DNA of 62,947 nucleotides, the filler included, from Octopus bimaculoides (lineage: Eukaryota): NCBI RefSeq assembly GCF_001194135.2. It is 8 parts of 8 records of this genome, joined end to end, with 100 filler letters (N's around TTAATTAATTAA, not from the genome) between each part and the next. Parts side by side here need not be neighbours in the genome. Positions count along the whole stretch, not along the records: positions 3,358 to 23,554 come from NC_068983.1; positions 23,655 to 27,814 come from NC_068986.1; 6 more parts are not named here. One strand, written 5' to 3'. A program made the translations under genes and the position numbers. The number at the start of each line of letters is the position of its first letter. Within the stretch, counting starts at the first letter, position 1. The notes below the pieces were generated by a model. The model was not told the origin of the DNA. It did no database searches and saw nothing but the letters and a program-made list of their open reading frames with translations. This document shows, piece by piece, positions 12,535 to 24,615 of this stretch.

Positions 12535-14234
12535 ACAAGGCAAAGTTGACCTCAGCGGAATTTGAACCCAGAACGTAACGGCTGATGAAATACCGCTAAG
12601 CATTCCGCCTGGCATGCTAACATTTCTTATTTCTTTATTGCCCACAAGGGGCTAAATATAGAGGGGACAAGCGAGGACAGACAAAGGGATTAAGTCGATT
12701 ACATCAACCCCAGTGCTTGACTGGTACTTAATTTGGTGACTCTGAAAGAATGAAAGGCAAAGTCAATCTTGGTAGAATTTGAAATCAGAATGTTAAGACA
12801 CTAAGCATTTTGTCCAGTGTGCTTAATAATTCTGCCAGTTCATTGTACTACTACTACTAATAATAATAATAATAATAAATAATGGTTTCAAATTTTGGTA
12901 CAAGTCCAGCAGGTTTGGGAGAGGAGCTGAGTTGATTAAATTGACTCCAGCAGTACTTATGTTATTGCCCCCCACCCCAAAGGATGAAAGCCAAAGTTGA
13001 CCCGGTGGAATTTGAACGCAGAATGTGAAGAGGGACAAAAATGCAGCTAAGTATTTTACCTGGTGTCCTAACAATTATGCCAACTCACCACCTTAACGAT
13101 AATAATAATAATAATAATAATGGGGATCAGTTAGTCAGTATCATAGACCCCAATACTTGACTGTACTTTATTGACCCGCAAAAACAGGATTTAAGATGAA
13201 CTAAACCTTGACAGGATTTGAAACCAGAACATAAAGAGCAGGAAGAAATACTGCATGTATTTTATCCACTGCTCTAACAATTGTGCCTGTTCACCACCCT
13301 TGGTTTTTTATGTAGGCAAAGGATAGCAATATTATAGGAAGGGGGCTTGTCAATACCATGAATCCCAGAGCATGAATGATATTTTATGAACTAAACTCAG
13401 ATTGCGAAGACCTGTTGGAGCAAGTGAGATCGAAACTGAACCAAATTTGATGACTGGCATCTGTGCCAGTGGAGTGCTAACAGCACCATCCGAGCGGGAT
13501 CACTGCTAGAGCAGCGGTCTCGCTCCTGTGCCGGTGGCACGTAAAAAGCACCATTTGAGCGCAATTGTTTCCAGCTTCGTCTTACTGGCATTCGTGCCGG
13601 TGGCATGTGAACAAAACAAAACATTGGACTGACACGTAAAAGACACCATTTGAGCGTGGCTGTTGCCAGTACCGCCAGACTGGCCCTCATGCTGGTGGCA
13701 TGTAAAAAGCACCCACTACACTCTTGGAGTGGTTGGCATTGGGAAGGGCATCCAGCTGTAGAAACTCTGCCAGATCAGATTGGAGCCTGGTGCAGCCATC
13801 TAGTTTGCCAGTACCCAGTCAAATCGTCCAACCCATGCTATCATGGAAAGCAGACGTTAAATGATGATGATGATAAGGATGAAATACCCAGATAACATCA
13901 GAGGGAATGGAACTTCAAATGTAAGGACTTGAAGTATACATATATTCCAAGTTATTTTGTTTTCTTTTTTCTTTTACTAAGCTTTAATGATTCTGACAAT
14001 TTTCCTGTAAATAATAATAATCCTTTCTTAATAGGCTCGAGGCCCAAAATTATGGGGGAGGGAGCTGGTCAATTATATTAACTCCAAAACTCAACTAGTG
14101 CTCATTTTTATCAACTTCAAAAGGATGAAAGGCAAAGTTGACCACAGCAGCTTTTGAACTGAGAACATTAAACTGGATGAAATGTAGCATTTTGTCCGAC
14201 ATGATCATGATTCTATCAGCCTGTTACCTTCCAC

Positions 14235-14273
<39 letters not shown>

Positions 14274-14420
14274 CATCCTTTCTACTAAAGGCACAATTTG
14301 ACCCTGAAAGGATGAAAGGCAAAGTTGACCTTGGTGGAATTTGAACTTGGAATATAGTGGCAGATGAAATATCGCTAAGCATTTCGCCCGGCATGCTAAT
14401 GATTCTGCCAGCCCACTACC

Positions 14421-14505
<85 letters not shown>

Positions 14506-14960
14506 CAATAATAAAGGTTTCAAATTTTGGTACAAGGTCAGCAATTTCAAGGGAGGGGGTAAGTTGATTACACCAACCCGTGCTCAACTGGTACATATTT
14601 TTATTGACCATGAAAGGTTGAAAGGCAAAGTCAACCTCGGTGAAATTTGAACTCAGAATGTAAAGTCAAAAGAAATGCTGCAAAGCATTTCGTCCAGCAT
14701 GCCAACAATTCTGCCAGCTTGCTACCTAAATGATAATAATAATAATACTTTCTACTAAAGACACAAGGCCTGAAATTTTGGGGGGAGGGGACTAGTTGAT
14801 TACATCAATCCCAGTGTTCACTGGTACTTAATTTATTGACCCCTAAAAGGATGAAAGGTAGTTAACCTCGGTGGAATTTGAACTCAGAATGTAAAGACGG
14901 ACAAAATGCCACAAAGCATTTTGCTTGGTGTGCCAATGATTCTGCCAGTTCACCGCCTTA
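12535..14960 (-). mobile_element. Chain of about 9 SINE family B copies separated by (AAT)n/(AGT)n
   Basis: Repeated aaggatgaaaggcaaagttgacc and ctgccag...ccttaa(taa)n units, all on the minus strand. Confidence 0.85.
13395..13873 (+). mobile_element. SINE family C, full length
   Basis: Same head, internal repeats and ggaaagcagacgttaaatgatgatga end as 8420-8937. Confidence 0.88.
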
Positions 14961-14991
<31 letters not shown>

Positions 14992-14992
<1 letters not shown>

Positions 14993-15347
14993 TTTCTTTA
15001 TTAATGAGGCTTACATTAAGGGAAAAATGTTATGTACACCACAAGATAAATACAATGTGGGTTTACATGAAAGTTGTGTAAATAATGAAAAAAAAACAAT
15101 CAAATATAACAACAAAATTCCTCAGAGGGAGACCTCTTTGGACAGCTTGTGGAAAACCCACAAAATCCACAACAATCCTGACCACAAGGGTAAGTGCCCT
15201 CTCCACTTTGTCTACAGGTGCATGCTTAGAGTAGGCCCATTCACTCAGTCCATTCGTGCGACATTCACCCACCTTTTAACAAAACAGCTGGGGAGCAGAA
15301 CTTCCCTCTCCACTGTCACTTTCCTTATCAAGTGAAACTTGAAAAAA
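14992..15347 (-). mobile_element. Tx1/L1-clade LINE 3' end (ORF2 C-terminus, 3' UTR, AATAAA)
   Basis: Minus strand reads KFHLIRKVTVEREVLLPSCFVKRWVNVARMD*VNGPTLSMHL*, then a UTR ending cattaataaagaaat next to (ATT)n. The clade assignment is from recalled similarity. Confidence 0.55.
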
Positions 15348-15465
15348 AACAAAAAACATGTAGATGAGGGCTTGGCCAAAGAGGAAAGTATTTGTCTTCA
15401 GCCCTTTCAATCTGTAATGTCATATCAGTAGTTTCTTACATTTTTTTTTCCCTTTTTTTTTCCAG

Positions 15466-15472
15466 ACGATGA
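15466..15472 (+). CDS. Probable terminal coding exon of the 9556 gene (completes ...AAEKR*), followed by 3' UTR
   Basis: Long T-tract acceptor tttttttttccag at 15465. AA|A CGA TGA fits the phase-2 donor at 9646, and all three frames close within 17 codons. Confidence 0.55.
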
Positions 15473-16086
15473 AGCTGGAAGCAGATTATCCTCGAACTGA
15501 AACAAAATTTAACTGAAGCCTATTTTGTTGAAATGGTTCATTTTTCAAATCCCAATCTCTTCAACACATTCCATACAGTGATACAAAAAGTTTGTTGAGT
15601 AAGAAGCAATTCATTGGCTCTAAACTGGCACCACTTGAAGAAATCCGTGTGTGTCCAGGTTCCAAGGGTCAGATCAGCTTGAAAGTGAGCCCAACCAACT
15701 TCATGCCATGCGACTTAATAGAATGATTACAAATAATCATAACTAATTAAAAACGAACATTCATCATTCATACAGTGTTGCTACTAGGTGGACTGTGTCA
15801 TGTCGGAGATAAGTGTTTTAGCCATGGATATTATGGTGTCAGAGATTGGATAAACACTGTATGTTTCTCTATCAGACATCTGAGATATTGACCAGCTGAC
15901 CAGATTCAGTTTATACACAACGATGGCATGTATAAACTGTATGTTGCTTCAAGCAACATTGACGGCAAGGAATTAAGTAAGCAGCAAACAGTTTAATGTC
16001 TGGCTGCTTACACATGATGTATATGTGATGTGGTGTATAAGTAATGTGTATATGCATGCATGCATGTGATTGTATGCCTGTATATG

Positions 16087-16134
<48 letters not shown>

Positions 16135-16396
16135 NNNNNNNNNNNNNNNNNNNNNNNNNNNNNNNNNNNNNNNNNNNNNNNNNNNNNNNNNNNNNNNNNN
16201 NNNNNNNNNNNNNNNNNNNNNNNNNNNNNNNNNNNNNNNNNNNNNNNNNNNNNNNNNNNNNNNNNNNNNNNNNNNNNNNNNNNNNNNNNNNNNNNNNNNN
16301 NNNNNNNNNATGGAAGGTGGACATTAAATGATGGCGATGATGATGATGATTTTCTTTATAGTTTTATCTACTTTGAGTCCCACTGTTAAAAATGAA

Positions 16397-16435
<39 letters not shown>

Positions 16436-16499
16436 ATAGAAAAGGTAAGACAACAAAAGAAAGAAAGAGACCTCGATATTATGTAAATAGAGGAATTTA

Positions 16500-16825
16500 T
16501 CTGTAAATAATATCTGACAATTATTCTGTAGCCATGATAAAACTCCGAGTTTAGGATCTCGGGGCAGAAAACCATGCCACCATCTCTTCAGTTATCTGGC
16601 CATCGAAAAAATGCTCCATCCCCTCACTTAGCAGTCATTCTTATAGCTCTTTTGTCTTAATGACGGTCAATCACATAGTAATTTCCCTTTGTTTAACGGT
16701 CATTTTCATAACATTTTTTTGATGGCCAGATAACTGAAGAGATGGCGGCGTGGTTTTCTGGCCTGACATCCAAAACTCGGAGTTTTATCATGGCTTCCGA
16801 ATAACTGTCACATATTTTTTACAGA
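16500..16825. mobile_element. MITE with ~114-bp TIRs flanked by TA
   Basis: 16500-16613 pairs with 16712-16825 (gccatgataaaactccgag / ctcggagttttatcatggc). TA lies at 16498-16499 and 16826-16827. Confidence 0.85.
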
Positions 16826-17019
16826 TATATATATATATAATGTAAATAAAACTGGTATCTGAATGGTGAGTGTAAAGATCAGTGGTGAATAGATGACCGG
16901 TGTATAGGTAACAAGCATGTGCTTGTATGCATATATATATATATATATATATATAGTTTGCTGGTGTATAGAACATAGATGTATAAGTGTTTGTGTATAA
17001 GTGACTGTTTAAATCACTG

Positions 17020-17057
<38 letters not shown>

Positions 17058-17618
17058 TTTGTGTATAGATCGCTGGTGTTTTTATCACTAGTGTATAAAT
17101 AACTAGTATATGGATTATCATTTAAAATGAAATTACAGCTTTAAGAAATTTATGATATAATCTTGAGACTGTACGAAGAATGATGTGATCTAATAACTCA
17201 TTCCCTGTCCCCAACCCACCCAAAGAAATCAATGCAAGTGGAACAGTGTACCAAAACACTAGCAATTTTATAAAAGAGAGTTTGTGGAACGTTGAATAAA
17301 TTTAACTGCTATGAGAAGTAGAATGTTTTAGGTTTAGAACACAAATATAGAAGCAACCAGAGATGTGTAGATACCTTTTTATTGATAAGTCTTTATAAAT
17401 AAGTGTTTTATAAATATGTCTTTATATATCTCAAAGCAAATTCATAGATAAATATTAACTTATAACAAGTTGCGATACAATCTGATATATTATATAAGCT
17501 GTTATTGTTTGGTAAGTTATTTAATGTTTTAGGCTGTTGCTCTTGGCAGTCATTGGACTGCAGTCATCATGCTGGAACACCACTTTGAGGATTTTGAGTT
17601 TGTTTTTTTTTTAAGTTA

Positions 17619-17965
17619 AACTGCGTGGCACCTTGGGCAAGTATCTTCTATCATAGCCTCGGGCCGACCAAAGCCTTGTGAGTGGATTTGGGAGACGGAA
17701 ACTGAAAGAAGCCCGTCGTATATGTATATATATATATATATATATATGTACATATATGTGTGTGTGTGTCTGTGTTTGTCCCCTCCAACATCACTTGACA
17801 ACCAATGCTAGTATATTTGCGTCCCCGTAACTTAGCGGATCAGCAAAAGAGATCAATAGAATAAGTACTAGGCTTACAAAGAATAAGTCCTGGGGTCGAT
17901 TTGCTCGACTAAAAGCGGTGCTCCAGCATGGCCACAGTCGAATGACTGAAACGAGTAAAAGAGTG
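17619..17965 (+). mobile_element. SINE family A, 5'-truncated
   Basis: ggcaccttgggcaag...gaaagaagcccgtcg...ccagcatggccacagtc...gactgaaacgagtaaaag. Confidence 0.85.
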
Positions 17966-17989
17966 ATAACCCCTGTTTTTTTTTTTAAG

Positions 17990-19170
17990 TTTGGCACTTA
18001 TTCTATAGGGCTCTTTTGCTGAACCACTAAGTTATGGAGATGTAAACAAACCAACACCCATTGTCAAGCGATGGTGGTGGTACCAGACAAATGCACACAC
18101 ACACATGATGGGCTTCCACACAGTTTCCATCTACTAAATTCACTCACAGGGCATTGGTTGATTTGGGGCTACAGTAAATGACACTTCACCCAATGTGTCA
18201 CGTAACGTTATGAGTCGGCTCTGCCCCTCTGGCGAATCCCCCGACGTATCGCGTAAAGTTGAGTCGGCTCTGCCCCTCTGGCGAATCCCCGACGTGTCAC
18301 GTAACGTTATGAGTCGGCTCTGCCCCTCTGGCGAATCACCCGACGTGTCGCATAAGTTTATAAGTCGGCTCTGCCCCTCTGGCGAATCCCCCAACGTGTN
18401 NNNNNNNNNNNNNNNNNNNNNNNNNNNNNNNNNNNNNNNNNNNNNNNNNNNNNNNNNNNNNNNNNNNNNNNNNNNNNNNNNNNNNNNNNNNNNNNNNNNN
18501 NNNNNNNNNNNNNNNNNNNNNNNNNNNNNNNNNNNNNNNNNNNNNNNNNNNNNNNNNNNNNNNNNNNNNNNNNNNNNNNNNNNNNNNNNNNNNNNNNNNN
18601 NNNNNNNNNNNNNNNNNNNNNNNNNNNNNNNNNNNNNNNNNNNNNNNNNNNNNNNNNNNNNNNNNNNNNNNNNNNNNNNNNNNNNNNNNNNNNNNNNNNN
18701 NNNNNNNNNNNNNNNNNNNNNNNNNNNNNNNNNNNNNNNNNNNNNNNNNNNNNNNNNNNNNNNNNNNNNNNNNNNNNNNNNNNNNNNNNNNNNNNNNNNN
18801 NNNNNNNGCGTAACGTTATGAGTCGGCTCTGCCCCTCAGGCGAATCCCCCGACGTGTCACGTAACGTTGTGAGTCAGGTCTGACCCTCTGGCGAATCCCC
18901 GACATGTCACGTAAAGTTTTGAGTTGGCTCTGCCCCTCTGGCGAATCCCCCGACGTGTCGCGTAACGTTATGAGTCGGCTCTGCCCCTCTGGCGAATCCC
19001 CGACGTGTCACTTAACGTTGTGAGTCGGCTCTGCCCCTCTGGCGAATCCCCCTACGTCTCGCGTAACGTTACGAGTCGGCGCTGCAACTCTGGCGTATCC
19101 CCGATATGTCACTTGGGACTGAATCTGAAAACACATGGTTGCAAAGCAATCTTAATCACACAGCCATGTC
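17990..19170 (-). mobile_element. SINE family A copy split by a minisatellite array
   Basis: The body ends gacacttcacccaa at 18193 and resumes as tgggactgaa...cacacagccatg at 19114. Intact copies have only ggtgccacgcag between these points. Confidence 0.75.
18194..19112 (+). repeat. CpG-rich 50-51-bp minisatellite array (N gap 18400-18807)
   Basis: Unit cgacgtgtcacgtaacgttatgagtcggctctgcccctctggcgaatcccc, with periods of 50-51 read directly. Confidence 0.95.
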
Positions 19171-19180
19171 TCCACCTATT

Positions 19181-19572
19181 TACTCTTTTACTTGTTTCAG
19201 TCATTTGACTGTGGCCATGCTGGAGCACCACCTTTAGTCGAGTTAATCGACCCCAGGACTTATTCTTTGTAAGCCTAGTACTTATTCTATCGGTTTCTTT
19301 TGCTGAACCGCTAAGTTACGGGGACATAAACATCGGGGGGACAAACACAGACACACAAACATATGCACAAACACATACATACATATATATATATATATAT
19401 ACATATATACGACGGGCTTCTTTCAGTTTCCGTCTACCAAATCCACTCACAAGGCTTTGGTTAGCCCGAGGCTATAGTAGAAGACTCCTGCCCAAGGTGC
19501 CACGCAGTGGGACTGAACCCGGAACCATGTGGTTGGTAAGCAAGCTACTTACAACACAGTCACTCCTACACC
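19181..19572 (-). mobile_element. SINE family A, full length, with internal (CA)/(TA) microsatellite
   Basis: Complete from the tRNA-like head (GTGACTGTGTTG...GGTTCAGTCCC) to the (AAGAGTA)-type tail. Confidence 0.9.
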
Positions 19573-19804
19573 TATTTAAACAGTTTTAAGGAATAATTTC
19601 CAAGCAGATTGAAATAGAAAGAATCGTAAAGAAATAGTCAAAGTTTAAGGTGAATGTAGCAGCAACTAGCTGTAACAAGCTATGCAAAATATCCCAAGTT
19701 ATTATATTGTTTGGTGCGATGTCATGCTGTTCTGGGGCCAACCTAACATTTTATACCTTGATGAGGAGAGTGATAAAAATATCAGTTACATTGTTGTTGT
19801 TGTT

Positions 19805-20180
19805 GGCACTCCGTTGCTTACGACGTCAAGGGTTCCAGTTGATTCGATCAACAGAACAGCCTGCTCATGAAATTAATGTGCAAGTGGCTGAGCACTCCAC
19901 AGACATGTGTACCCTTAACGTAGTTCTCGGGGGGATATTCAGCGTGACAGTGTGACAAGGCTGACCCTTTTGAATTACAGGCACAACAGAAACAGGAAGT
20001 AAGACTGAGAGAAAGTTGTGGTGAAAGAGTACAGCAGGGTTCACCACCATCCCCTGCCGGAGCCTTGTGGAGCTTTAGGTGTTTTCGCTCAATAAACACT
20101 CACAACGCCCGGTCTGGGAATTGAAACCGCGATCCTATGACTGCGAGTCCGCTGCCCTAACCACTGGGCCATTGTGCCTC
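19805..20180 (-). mobile_element. tRNA-derived SINE family E
   Basis: Head GGAGGCACAATGGCCCAGTGGTTAGGGCAGCGGACTCGC...GGTTTCAATTCCC; nearly identical to 24238-24615. Confidence 0.88.
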
Positions 20181-20689
20181 CAAATCAGTTACATACAGCA
20201 GTTGATTATTGTGACTGTACTATCTGTGTGCTTGGTCAATTTTTATGGTAGGTTACTGTGAAACGAACTTATCTAATTTAAAATTATTTATACCCAGGTC
20301 AGCCTTGGTTCTGCAGGCATATTGAACAAAACCTTTCCAGTTCTCACCATCTTGTCTTTCTTTTTTAACACAGTATACAATGTATTTTTAGATACACTGT
20401 GTCCTTCATTTTTTTAGTAGAGTAAGGTGTGGTATCTCTAGCAACTCTAGTGATAGTGTGGATGTTCTCTTGTCATTAAATGTGAAGTTTATTGAGAGGT
20501 TATTGATGTGAATGTTTGTTAACAGTGTTATTTTAATTTAAGTAGTTTATATGATATTTTATAATAAAAACAATAATAGAAAATTGCAATAATGAAGCTT
20601 GTTATTTTATTGCTGTAAATGTCTACAAGTTTATAATAATGTTTTACCAATGTATCAATTTCTTCATATTAAAATCATAAAATTCATTG

Positions 20690-20935
20690 TCAAACATTCT
20701 GTCAGACTGTACACTATAACAGTGCTTATGTCTGTCAGACATGAACACTGTTATAGTATTCATTGTATCAGTCATTAACACTGTTATAGCATTCTACCAA
20801 CCATTAACGGATATAGTATGAATTCTGTCAAACATCAACATAAATATAGCATTCTGTTACATTTAATGTTGCCATAATATACATTCTGTCAAACATCAAC
20901 ACTGTTATAACACTTAATCTGTCAGACGTTATTAA
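20690..20935. repeat. Degenerate ~30-35-bp tandem repeat
   Basis: Recurring attctgtca(a/g)acat(c)aacactgttata motif, about 7 times. Confidence 0.55.
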
Positions 20936-21904
20936 CAATCATATACAACATCATCATAATGACAATCCAAGATGGATTTGTTATTACATATTCCTTCAGA
21001 ATTACTCTCCAATACATGTTTCCATTCGATTTTTGATGAATTTGGATGTCAGAATTACTTCCCTAACTCTCTTTTACAATAATTATCATTAATGTTAATA
21101 TCTTTACTTCTTTTTTTCATTATAGGTGTAATTCATTAAAAAATATGAGGAAGCTCAATATGAAGTATATTAGATCCTATAGGTTAATCCAGCAGAAGGT
21201 ATTTCTTAGAAATTTTCACAAATTAATTTTCTATGATATCATAGGCAAGAAGCCAGGTTTTGCTGGAGCAATTGTTTTTACAATTAAATGGATGCTCTTC
21301 TGGATCAGACACACACTGGTCCATTGCAGGACATCCCCAAATAATGTTAAACATTCCCGATAAGTGAACTGAGATTAATGTAATATAAAGTCTAGTGTCC
21401 AAAGATGTCAGTAACAATTTGAACTAATGACCTATGTGCAAGTAGTTCAAAAATTCTAGAGGTTGTTTATCCCAAGATCAGCACTGACTGAGCAGATTTA
21501 TGATTAAAGGTATTCTTAGTACTTTTACAAGTATGCTTAAGATTACATTATTTAAGGTGCCCATTCCTTTTTGTAAGAGAGTAGCGTGGGATCCAAGGGA
21601 AATTTGGCCAATATTTCTAGAAAGTAGAAGGATATAAAGAGACCCTCATCAATTATAGAATCTTGTATTAGGCTTAGACTGTGGCCTTGCCAGGGCACAG
21701 CTTTATAGAGTTTTAGAGTCGATCACGATACATGTTTTTTAAGCATGTTACTTATTCTATTGGTCTCTTGCTGAGCCACTAAGTAACGGGGACATAAATA
21801 AACCCACACCAGTTGTTGAGCAGTGGTGAGGGACAGACAGACACAAACACACACACACACTTATGTATATAATGGATTTCTTTTTGCTTCCATAAAGTTA
21901 CATA

Positions 21905-23554
21905 TGTTGGGGGATTCGCCAAAGGGGCAGAGTCAACTCATAACATTACATGACATGTCGAGGATTAGGCAGAGGAGCAGACCCAACTCGTTACGTTACA
22001 TAACATGTCGGGAATTCGCAAGAGGGGCAGACCCAACTCATAACGTTACACGACACGTCAGAAATTCGCCAGAGGGGCAGAGCCGACTCATAACGTTACA
22101 TGAAACGTCGGGAATTCGCCAGAGGGGCATATAAGACTCATAACGTTACGTGACACGTCGGGAATTCGCCACAGGGGCAGAGCCGACACACAACGTTACG
22201 TGACACGTCAGGTGATTCGCCAGAGGGGCAGGGCCAACTCACAACGTTATGTGACACGTCGGGTGATTCGCCACAAGGGCAGAGCCGACTCATAACGTCA
22301 GGTGACACGTCGGGGGATTCGTCAGAGGGGCAGAGCCGACTCATAACGTTACGCGACAAGCTGGGGATTCGCCAGTGGGGCAGAGCCGACTCACAACGTT
22401 AAGTGACACGTNNNNNNNNNNNNNNNNNNNNNNNNNNNNNNNNNNNNNNNNNNNNNNNNNNNNNNNNNNNNNNNNNNNNNNNNNNNNNNNNNNNNNNNNN
22501 NNNNNNNNNNNNNNNNNNNNNNNNNNNNNNNNNNNNNNNNNNNNNNNNNNNNNNNNNNNNNNNNNNNNNNNNNNNNNNNNNNNNNNNNNNNNNNNNNNNN
22601 NNNNNNNNNNNNNNNNNNNNNNNNNNNNNNNNNNNNNNNNNNNNNNNNNNNNNNNNNNNNNNNNNNNNNNNNNNNNNNNNNNNNNNNNNNNNNNNNNNNN
22701 NNNNNNNNNNNNNNNNNNNNNNNNNNNNNNNNNNNNNNNNNNNNNNNNNNNNNNNNNNNNNNNNNNNNNNNNNNNNNNNNNNNNNNNNNNNNNNNNNNNN
22801 NNNNNNNNNNNNNNNNNNNNNNNNNNNNNNNNNNNNNNNNNNNNNNNNNNNNNNNNNNNNNNNNNNNNNNNNNNNNNNNNNNNNNNNNNNNNNNNNNNNN
22901 NNNNNNNNNNNNNNNNNNNNNNNNNNNNNNNNNNNNNNNNNNNNNNNNNNNNNNNNNNNNNNNNNNNNNNNNNNNNNNNNNNNNNNNNNNNNNNNNNNNN
23001 NNNNNNNNNNNNNNNNNNNNNNNNNNNNNNNNNNNNNNNNNNNNNNNNNNNNNNNNNNNNNNNNNNNNNNNNNNNNNNNNNNCGTTACGTGACTCGTCCG
23101 GGGATTCGCCAGAGGGGCAGAGCCGACTTATAAAGTTATGCGATACGTCGGGTGATTCGCCAGAGGGGCAGAGCCGACTCATAACGTTACGTGACACGTC
23201 GGGGATTCGCTAGAGGGGCACAGCCGACTCATAACGTTACGTGACACGTCGGGTGATTCGCCAGAAGGGCAGAGCCGACTCGTAACGTTACGTGACACGT
23301 CAGGGATTCGCCAGAGGTGCAGAGCCGACTCATAACGTTACGCGACACGTCGGCGGATTCACCAGAGGGGCAGATATGACTCATAACGTTACGTGACACG
23401 TCGGGGATTCGCTAGAGGGGTACAACCGACTCAGAACGTTACGCGACACATTGGGGATTCGCCAGAGGCGACTCAGAATGTTAGGTGACACGTCGGGTGA
23501 TTCGCCAGAAGGGCAGAACCGACTCATAACGTTACGCGACACGTCGGGGGATTA
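21905..23554 (-). repeat. Same 50-51-bp minisatellite, inverted relative to 18194-19112 (N gap 22412-23082)
   Basis: Unit ggggattcgccagaggggcagagccgactcataacgttacgtgacacgtcg. Units are most diverged at the left end, and the array is cut by the assembly join. Confidence 0.95.
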
Positions 23555-24237
23555 NNNNNNNNNNNNNNNNNNNNNNNNNNNNNNNNNNNNNNNNNNNNTT
23601 AATTAATTAANNNNNNNNNNNNNNNNNNNNNNNNNNNNNNNNNNNNNNNNNNNNGATGCTAGTGTGTTTATGTCCCCGTAACTTAGCGGTTTGGCAAAAG
23701 AGACCAATAGAATAAGTACTAGACTGACAAAGAATAAGTCCCGGGGTCGATTTGCTCGACTAAAGGCGGTTCTCCAGCATGGCCGCACTCAAATGACTGA
23801 AACAAGTAAAAGAGTAAAAGATATATATATATATGTATGTATGTATGTAGTTCAAAAAAACAATAACAAAAAAACAAAAAAAACAACAAAGTGAGGACGT
23901 GATATGGATAGTATTATTGGACGCTCAGGAAAGGAAAGAGAGAGTATGTATGTATGTATGTATGTATGTGTGTATATATTCACAGTAAACTCGGCCCCCA
24001 TATCAGGCACCAGTGGGGCAGAGTGTCGCTGGATAATGAATTTTCCGGATATCTGATCGTCATACTTTAAATTACCTCAGTACTTTACAAATCTCATTAG
24101 AACTATATATGCATTTGTATTCCGAGACAAAATAGAAATAGTAGCATAATTTAAGCAAAGTGTAAGCTTTATTAACCAAATAAAATAAATGTATTATATA
24201 TGCAGTAAAATACAACACTGCGCTTTGAGAAGTTGTT

Positions 24238-24615
24238 GGCACTCCTTCGCTTATGATGTCGAGGGTTCCAGTTGATCCGATCAACGGAACAGCCTGCTCG
24301 TGAAATCAACGTGCAAGTGGCTGAGCACTCCACAGACACGTGTACCCTTAACGTAGTTCGCGGGGATATTCAGCGTGACACAGTGTGACAAGGTTGACCC
24401 TTTGAATTAGAGACACAACAGAAACAGGAAGAAAGAGTGAGAGAAAGTTGTAGTGGAAAAGTACAGCAGGGTTCGCCGCCATCTCCTGCCGGAGCCTCTT
24501 GGAGCTTTTTAAGTGATTTTGCTCAATAAACACTCACAACGCCCGGTCTGGGAATCGAAACCGCGATCCTATGACCGCGAGTCCGCTGCCCTAACCACTG
24601 GGCCATTGTGCCTCC
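24238..24615 (-). mobile_element. tRNA-derived SINE family E
   Basis: Aligns along its length with 19805-20180. Confidence 0.88.

Noticed and set aside
19805-20180. tRNA genes at SINE heads (families A, B, E)
   Set aside because: A/B-box-like motifs run into repeated SINE bodies, and I could not form a complete cloverleaf.
21125-21200. Plus-strand candidate exon (CNSLKNMRKLNMKYIRSYRLIQQK)
   Set aside because: It lies after the inferred stop exon, has a mediocre donor and shows no recognisable homology.
18194-23554. CRISPR-like array
   Set aside because: Units are contiguous with no unique spacers, there are no cas genes and the context is eukaryotic. It is a minisatellite.
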